Positions 58,901 to 64,000 of a stretch of DNA of 64,000 nt are shown piece after piece. The stretch is from Bacteroidales bacterium. GTDB lineage: Bacteria; Bacteroidota; Bacteroidia; Bacteroidales; CAIWKO01. How positions within the stretch are numbered: the first letter of the stretch is position 1; each line of letters begins with the position of its first letter. The stretch lies in assembly GCA_035389045.1 (NCBI GenBank), contig DAOORA010000013.1, forward strand, positions 1 to 64,000, read 5' to 3'. Under the pieces are notes generated by a model. That model saw nothing but the letters and a program-made list of their open reading frames with translations. It did no database searches and was not told where the DNA came from. Made by a program: the position numbers and the translations under genes.

Positions 58901-61900
58901 GTGGGTAATGGGTCTACAAATATTGTTATTTCATCTGTTGCTGAGCAGCCATAGCTATCCGAAACAGAAAGTGAATACGTTGTTGTTGCAGCCGGGTTTG
59001 CGACGGGGTTGGGTATGTTTGTGGCGCTGAGGCCTCCGGCAGGTAACCATGAGTATGTCAAAGGTCCCGTACCTGTCCCTGATGCCGTAATGGTTGCATT
59101 CAGCGCTGTCAGGCAGTTTCCGATGTACTGATCCGGTCCGGCATCAGCAGTGGGCAGCGGGTCAACATTGATGGTGATTTCATCGAAGGCAGTGCATCCG
59201 TAAGCATCCGTCATTGTGAACGCATATACTGCGGTAGCTGCAGGGTTGGCAACCGGATTGGCAAGGCTGGGATTACTTAATCCTGTAGCCGGTGACCATA
59301 AATAGGTCAATGGGGATGTACCCGTCGCGGTGCCATTAAGGTTTGCCCCGGGTGCATTTGCGCATGAACCTATGTTTTGGTCATATCCTGCATTAGCCGA
59401 AGGTAAGGGGTCAACAGTGATGGTGATGGCATCCGTGGCTTGACATCCATAGGTATCTGTCACTGTCAGCGTGTAAACTGCAGTGGTCACAGGATCGGCA
59501 ACAGGATTCAGAATGTTGGGGTTGTTTAAACCCGCTGCCGGCGACCATGAATATATCAGGGGTGGCGTTCCGGTTGAGATGGCATTGATACTGGCATTGG
59601 CCGCATTCAGACAGGCTCCGATATTTTGATTTGTCCCGGCATCTGCTGAAGGTAGGGGGGCCACCGTAATGACAACGGCATCCGTTGCCGTACATCCATA
59701 GGCGTCTGTCACTGTTAAGGTATAGGTGACCGTTGAAACAGGATCGGCCACAGGATTGGCAATGCCGGTATTGCTTAATCCATTGGCCGGCAGCCATGAA
59801 AATGTCAGGGGGGCACTACCTGTTCCGGTGCCGTTGAGGTTTGCATTGGCTGCACTAAGGCAGGCACCGAGTGTCTGGTCCGCACCTGCATTGGCGGTGG
59901 ACAGCGGGCTGACTGTGATTAGCACATTATCGTTTGCCGAACATCCGTTGACATCGGTGACGGTGAGTGTGTAATTGGTTGTGGTGGCCGGGCCTGCGAT
60001 AGGATTGGGAATATTGGGATTGTTTAATCCTGCTGCCGGCAGCCAGGAATAACTCAGCACGCCCGTGCCTGTGCCTGTGCCATTCAGCACGGTGGTGTTA
60101 CAGCCTCCCTGGGTATGGTCTGATCCTGCATTAGCCGTGGGTAAAGGATTTACGGTAAGTGGAACAGAGGCTGTATTGGTGCACAATCCGTTTGACCCCG
60201 TGACCGTATATATGGTTGAAGAAGTCGGACAGACACTTACAGTGGCGCCGGATAAGTTTCCGGGCATCCAGGTATATGATGTGGCGCCGGTAGCGGAAAG
60301 GTTTGCACATTGTCCTGAGCAGATTGCCGGTGGTGAAGCCGGTATGCTGATAGTGGGAGATGTATTGACGGTAACACTTACAGCGGCTGTATTGGAGCAC
60401 CCGTTGCCGTCGGTTCCGGTGACGGTATAGGTAGTTGCAGAAACAGGGCAGACACTCACATTACTTCCGGATAAATTGCCCGGCATCCAGGAATATGTGG
60501 ATGCGCCGGCAGCAGAAATATTTGTGCATTGTCCGCTACAGATTACAGGCGGTGAAACAGCAGAAGTTACTGCGGGCAAACTGTTTACGGTGACGGTGAC
60601 TGAGGCCGTGCCGGAACATCCGTTAGCGGAAGTTGCGCTGACCGTATAGGTAGTTGTTGATGTTGGGCAGACACTTACCGTACTGCCTGACAAATTGCCC
60701 GGCATCCAGGTATAAACTGATGCGCCGGAGGCTGAAATGTTCGTACATTGTCCGGCACATATGGCAGGAGGCGAAGCTGAAGCGGTGACCACCGGATTAT
60801 TGTTTACTGTTACACTGGTAGTTGTAGTGTTTGAGCAACCCGCACCTAAACTTCCCGTCACCGTGTAAACCGTGCTGACGGTAGGGCAAACGCTGACTGT
60901 CGTTCCGGATAAATTACCCGGCATCCATGCATAGCTTGTGGCTCCACCACCGGTAAGGCTGGTACATTGTCCGTTACAGAGTAGCGGAGATGTTGCCGAT
61001 GCGGTAACGGTGGGCATTGCATTAACAGTGACCGTAACCGAGGAGGTTCCCACACATCCGGAGGAAGAAGTTCCTGACACAGTGTATGTCGCGGTTGTCA
61101 ACGGGGTAACCACTTTTGTAGTTCCTGAGCCCAGTCCTCCGCTCCATATATAGGTCATTGCCCCGCTGGCCGTAAGTGTAGACGAAACTCCGGCACATAT
61201 AGGATTCGGAGTGGCCGTCAGGGTGACAGCCGGTCCTGTGATATAAAAGTCCAGAGAACTGGCTGTGGCTATATTTCCGCATTGATCGCTTACCGAGTTA
61301 CAGGAGTTTGGCATCAGCGACAACGTATACGTTCCCCCATAATTCATGGCCGGTGATACCGAAAAAGTATAGGTGTTTTCCTGCACGCCTCCGGAGCAGT
61401 CAGTACCGGAAACACCTGCGATGGTATATGGCCCTCCCGGTCCGGTGAGTTGAAAATCACAATTGGCTATGGTGCTGCATAAAATATTTTCAGAAAAGTT
61501 CACTATAAGCTGGTTGCTTCCACAGGCAGGCGTTCCGGATATGGAGGCCAGGGCGGGAGGGGTATTATCAAAAATCGAGGCGGTGGAAGGCGTAAAATCA
61601 ATATTATAACCATGTCCTGCTCCATAACCGGTGAAATTATCGATCAGAAGCGCGTAAATCTGGCCGGCAGTCACCGGTATGTCAGCATTGAACTGGCTGC
61701 AGTTATTAGGCCCTTCACAGGTGGAACCGGAGGCTCCGTTAGGTCCGGTATTACCTGAGAGGTAACAGAAGTTGCAACTAACCTGCATCCACGGGTTGGC
61801 GTATATATCCGAACAACTTGACGTGGTGATATTATAGACTGCCCAGTCGTAATCATCGGAAGTCACTACCGGTGTTATTAAAAAACTGAGGTTTCCTGAA

Positions 61901-62151
61901 GACTGTGCTGTAAAGGTATACCAGACAGTGTTATGCTCACCTGTCGAAAAACAATGTCCCGGGCAAAAATTCGTGTTGTTGGCTCCCTGGTTGGGAAGTT
62001 CCTGATTGGAAAATCCGACATATGAATTGAGTTGCCAGTAAGTAGATTCACATATGGGTATAGCGCCAAGGCAGTCTTGCACAGATTGAGCCCTGATAAA
62101 ATCCTGGGAAACAGCAATCAGTAAAAATATCAGGATGAGAACTTTCTTCAT
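55963..62151 (-). CDS. Large repeat adhesin (SprB-like N-domain, Ig-like repeats, PKD domains) with type B T9SS CTD (gliding-motility-associated/CHU_C)
   Basis: 'QDCLGAIPIC...WYTF...DYDWAVY'; Thr/Ser/Cys-rich repeats; 'WDFGD', 'WNFGD'; 'VPNAFTPN..GVND...IFDRWG...WDG...GTVTIYR'. Confidence 0.9.
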   Translation of the reverse strand: MKKVLILIFLLIAVSQDFIRAQSVQDCLGAIPICESTYWQLNSYVGFSNQELPNQGANNTNFCPGHCFSTGEHNTVWYTFTAQSSGNLSFLITPVVTSDDYDWAVYNITTSSCSDIYANPWMQVSCNFCYLSGNTGPNGASGSTCEGPNNCSQFNADIPVTAGQIYALLIDNFTGYGAGHGYNIDFTPSTASIFDNTPPALASISGTPACGSNQLIVNFSENILCSTIANCDFQLTGPGGPYTIAGVSGTDCSGGVQENTYTFSVSPAMNYGGTYTLSLMPNSCNSVSDQCGNIATASSLDFYITGPAVTLTATPNPICAGVSSTLTASGAMTYIWSGGLGSGTTKVVTPLTTATYTVSGTSSSGCVGTSSVTVTVNAMPTVTASATSPLLCNGQCTSLTGGGATSYAWMPGNLSGTTVSVCPTVSTVYTVTGSLGAGCSNTTTTSVTVNNNPVVTASASPPAICAGQCTNISASGASVYTWMPGNLSGSTVSVCPTSTTTYTVSATSANGCSGTASVTVTVNSLPAVTSAVSPPVICSGQCTNISAAGASTYSWMPGNLSGSNVSVCPVSATTYTVTGTDGNGCSNTAAVSVTVNTSPTISIPASPPAICSGQCANLSATGATSYTWMPGNLSGATVSVCPTSSTIYTVTGSNGLCTNTASVPLTVNPLPTANAGSDHTQGGCNTTVLNGTGTGTGVLSYSWLPAAGLNNPNIPNPIAGPATTTNYTLTVTDVNGCSANDNVLITVSPLSTANAGADQTLGACLSAANANLNGTGTGSAPLTFSWLPANGLSNTGIANPVADPVSTVTYTLTVTDAYGCTATDAVVITVAPLPSADAGTNQNIGACLNAANASINAISTGTPPLIYSWSPAAGLNNPNILNPVADPVTTAVYTLTVTDTYGCQATDAITITVDPLPSANAGYDQNIGSCANAPGANLNGTATGTSPLTYLWSPATGLSNPSLANPVANPAATAVYAFTMTDAYGCTAFDEITINVDPLPTADAGPDQYIGNCLTALNATITASGTGTGPLTYSWLPAGGLSATNIPNPVANPAATTTYSLSVSDSYGCSATDEITIFVDPLPTVNTGNDLSIGSCSNAAGAVISSIITGIAPLSYSWLPISGLSNPSIPDPVAHPNITTAYTLTVTDIFGCTASDDIVITVAALPSVNAGADQHSGGCPNAPTAIISTTATGIPPFSYNWSPATGLSNPGISNPVADPQTSTNYIVTLADAFGCSATDDILIIIDPIPASDAGSDQNTGACPNAPPATLNGTGTGATSLSYLWTPQSNVVHPDSAVTDAHPFSTTVYTLIVTDNYGCTDADEATITVAPAPAAHAGNDTSIGSCSWSMADLQGSATGAFPFGYNWIPATGVTNSYIPNPQAHPPVTTVYTLLVTDIYGCTAQDFVTVTVSPTPTVAVAANPDSVCASFSSTLNAFGTLYYSWSPGTGLSSVSGPVVTATPPSTTTYTVTASDQYTCTADAQITVFVKPNPVITVAPSSPALCSGDSITLSANGAETYSWMPVSGLSPASGTVVTASPNTTITYTVTGTTHGCSGSDSVTVTVHPLPSITFTPLNNICLNDAPFTLTQASPAGGYYAGPGITGTDSFNPSVAGTGTHIITYTYTDNYNCTNSATQILTVKPNPVLTITPDHASVCLGTSVLLQAAGADTYAWSPVNTLSDSTGSSVSATPTTSTTYTVTGTTDGCSSSESVTVNTYTTIPVAVTPPSDSLCPGQSTLITASGAFNYQWLPTEGLSSYTGATVVCTPTVTTIYTVLGDDNNGCTGTATVTVILYPEAFLHFNIEPVSGCLPLYVEFTYLPDGTLDMNTLQWDFGDLMSSSDISDQPVSSYTYTYPGNFFVMITGMSEHGCHAVGFDTVFVYKKPEADFYTNPEAGETNNPIINFYDQSNYATHWQWNFGDPETTVDNTSELQYPVHIYSDSGNFIVMLIASNTHNCSDTAIKTIKIRESFVFWVPNAFTPNNNGVNDGFIGKGVGFNEDDFEMFIFDRWGKQVFYTQDCYKSWDGYNANGSKPCEEGVYVWLINITEKTGIRHKLKGTVTIYR
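57916..61236 (-). repeat. Intragenic arrays: five 73-aa repeats followed by nine about 83-aa repeats
   Basis: 'IC.GQC....GA..Y.WMPGNLSG' class x5, then 'A.AG.DQ..G.C...YSW.P..GL....NPVA.P..T..YTLTVTD..GC' class x9; boundaries approximate. Confidence 0.85.
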
Positions 62152-62485
62152 GAACAATCTGATTATTTGCCTTAGCGAAACTACATGTTTTTCAGTAAAT
62201 AAAACTCAGGACAATATCATTAGTAAAATTATATAATTTTTATATCTGTTGTCAAGGTTTTATTAACATTTAATTTTAGTAATATTTAGTAATTGTTTTT
62301 TCATACAAATAACGTAAGATATTTGCTGTTACTTTGTTTTTTTTCAGATTACTTGCAAGATAGCACTAACAATAACATTGTTAAGGTTTTAAGTAACATA
62401 AAAAAATATGAAAGAAATCTTTTGTGTGGATTGTGACTGTTTGAAACATTTGCATTACGATTTTGTAACGCAAGTTGTTATTAAT

Positions 62486-63352
62486 TCAGGCAGGCAAGGT
62501 ATCACCTGATGTTGATGCCGGGTATATTTTATTCACTAATGTCAGACATTCCTGTGCTTCTTTAACATCGTGCACCCTAATGATGGCAGCATTGTTCAGG
62601 CAGGCTAAAGTATGCAAAACAGTGGTACCGTTAAGGGCTTCGGCAGGGGTACATTTTAATGTTTTCCAGATCATTGATTTTCTTGAAATACCAATTAACA
62701 ATGGATGTGGTAAAAATCTGAACAGGTGGATTTCACGGAGCAGTTGCATGTTATGTTCCGGTGTTTTACCGAATCCAAAGCCGGGATCAATGATGATATC
62801 GTTTATTCCCATGTGTCGGAGCTGGCTGGATTTTTCAGCGAAAAAATTAATTATTTCTTTGGTGACATTCTGATAAACAGGATTTTGTTGCATGGTCTCC
62901 GGTGTTCCGCTGATGTGCATTAAAATATAGGGAACTCTGAGATATGCTATTGTCTGATACATGTCAGGGTCCATGGTACCACCGGAGATATCATTGATAA
63001 TAGCGGCCCCGGCATGGACAGCTTCATGAGCAACTGCCGCCCTGTAAGTGTCGATGGAAATGATGGCATCGGGGAAGTGAGCGGCCAGCGAATCAAGAAC
63101 AAATACCACTTTTTTAATTTCTTCTTTTTCATCAACGGCCTTTGCCCCAGGCCTGGTCGAAACGCATCCCACATCAATGATATCAGCGCCTTCATCCAGC
63201 ATTTTTCCGGTACGTTCAAGCCAGGATTTTTCATCCGAATAGCGGTCTCCGTCAAAAAATGAATCGGGAGTAACATTCAGTATCCCCATGATGAGAGGTT
63301 TTTCGAGTGATACTAATTTGCCCCGGCAATTCAGAAACCGATTATTCACCAT
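62486..63352 (-). CDS. folP: Dihydropteroate synthase (start at MVNNRF)
   Basis: 'IMGILNVTPDSF.DG', 'STRPGA', 'SIDT', 'IDPGFGFGK', 'GISRKS' and 'RVHDV'. Confidence 0.96.
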   Translation of the reverse strand: MVNNRFLNCRGKLVSLEKPLIMGILNVTPDSFFDGDRYSDEKSWLERTGKMLDEGADIIDVGCVSTRPGAKAVDEKEEIKKVVFVLDSLAAHFPDAIISIDTYRAAVAHEAVHAGAAIINDISGGTMDPDMYQTIAYLRVPYILMHISGTPETMQQNPVYQNVTKEIINFFAEKSSQLRHMGINDIIIDPGFGFGKTPEHNMQLLREIHLFRFLPHPLLIGISRKSMIWKTLKCTPAEALNGTTVLHTLACLNNAAIIRVHDVKEAQECLTLVNKIYPASTSGDTLPA

Positions 63353-63409
63353 TGTTATTTTAAATTTTTTATCTTTGCGAGTTACTTTTTTACAAAAATA
63401 ATAAAATAC

Positions 63410-63955
63410 ATGAACCTTACGGATAAAGAATACGACGAAGCCATAGCGGTGTGCAGAGAACTTTTTGTAAAAAAAATGAATGATTATGGCACGGCATGGC
63501 GGATTTTGCGTCCGAAATCCATCACCGACCAGATATTTATCAAGGCACAGCGCATCAGGAGTATCGAGGAAAAGGGTACACAGAAGGTTTCCGAAGGGAT
63601 ATATTCCGAATTCATCGGGATTGTTAATTATTCGGTTATGGCGTTGATACAACTGGAACTAAATGATTACGACACTATTAATCTTGAAATCCCGAAGGCC
63701 AGCCAGTTGTATGATAAGTATGTTCAGTTGGCTAAACGCCTGATGCAGAACAAAAATCACGACTACGGCGAAGCATGGAGGGATATGCGGATCAGTTCCC
63801 TTACCGATATCATATTGATGAAAATTTTTCGCACCAAGCAAATAGAGGACAATCAGGGAGTTACACAGGTTTCGGAAGGCGTTGATGCCAATTATTTCGA
63901 TATGATCAATTATGCGGTCTTTGCATTAATCAAAATCAACAAAGAAAAAAAATAA
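63410..63955 (+). CDS. DUF1599 (nucleotide-modification-associated domain) protein
   Basis: Duplicated 'KK..DYG.AWR' / 'KNHDYGEAWR' halves; divergent from folP. Confidence 0.85.
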   Translation: MNLTDKEYDEAIAVCRELFVKKMNDYGTAWRILRPKSITDQIFIKAQRIRSIEEKGTQKVSEGIYSEFIGIVNYSVMALIQLELNDYDTINLEIPKASQLYDKYVQLAKRLMQNKNHDYGEAWRDMRISSLTDIILMKIFRTKQIEDNQGVTQVSEGVDANYFDMINYAVFALIKINKEKK

Positions 63956-63969
63956 TAAAATAAATTACT

Positions 63970-64000
63970 ATGAGTGCTAATCTTATTGTCATTGTTATTC
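63970..64000 (+). CDS. Probable start of the next gene, truncated by the window edge
   Basis: ATG at 63970 with hydrophobic MSANLIVIVI, 14 bp after the DUF1599 stop. Confidence 0.4.
   Translation, partial: MSANLIVIVI

Noticed and set aside
63353..63652. 100-aa N-terminal extension of folP in the ORF track
   Set aside because: It overlaps the divergent DUF1599 gene on the opposite strand. FolP similarity and a promoter motif support the start at 63352.

Overview
Chromosomal window from a Bacteroidota organism, most likely Bacteroidales-like. The evidence is the T9SS/gliding genes and TAnnTTTG -7 promoter motifs just upstream of many genes. Housekeeping genes include upp, folC, tonB-exbD-exbB, kup, anmK, murF, ispF, a RecD-like helicase, recR, rnz and folP. 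They are interleaved with a type IX secretion (T9SS) locus: gldJ and porP/sprF diverge from TWO tandem porU sortase genes and porV. Further T9SS-related genes are an orphan MORN-repeat/GldN fusion, several cargos (C10 protease-propeller fusion, SGNH-PKD protein, 2064-aa type-B-CTD repeat adhesin) and a pair formed by a small CTD-only protein and a CTD-less fibre-like protein with a DUF1566 tip. The most unusual non-coding feature is a 600-bp, highly structured element flanked by an exact 26-bp direct repeat (43762-44387). The next three intergenic gaps each carry a different REP-like palindrome family. A second structured intergenic segment (about 6920-7135) is an ncRNA candidate. I saw no rRNA, tRNA, CRISPR array, transposase, integrase or reverse transcriptase. 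All family calls come from motif recognition by eye, not from database searches.
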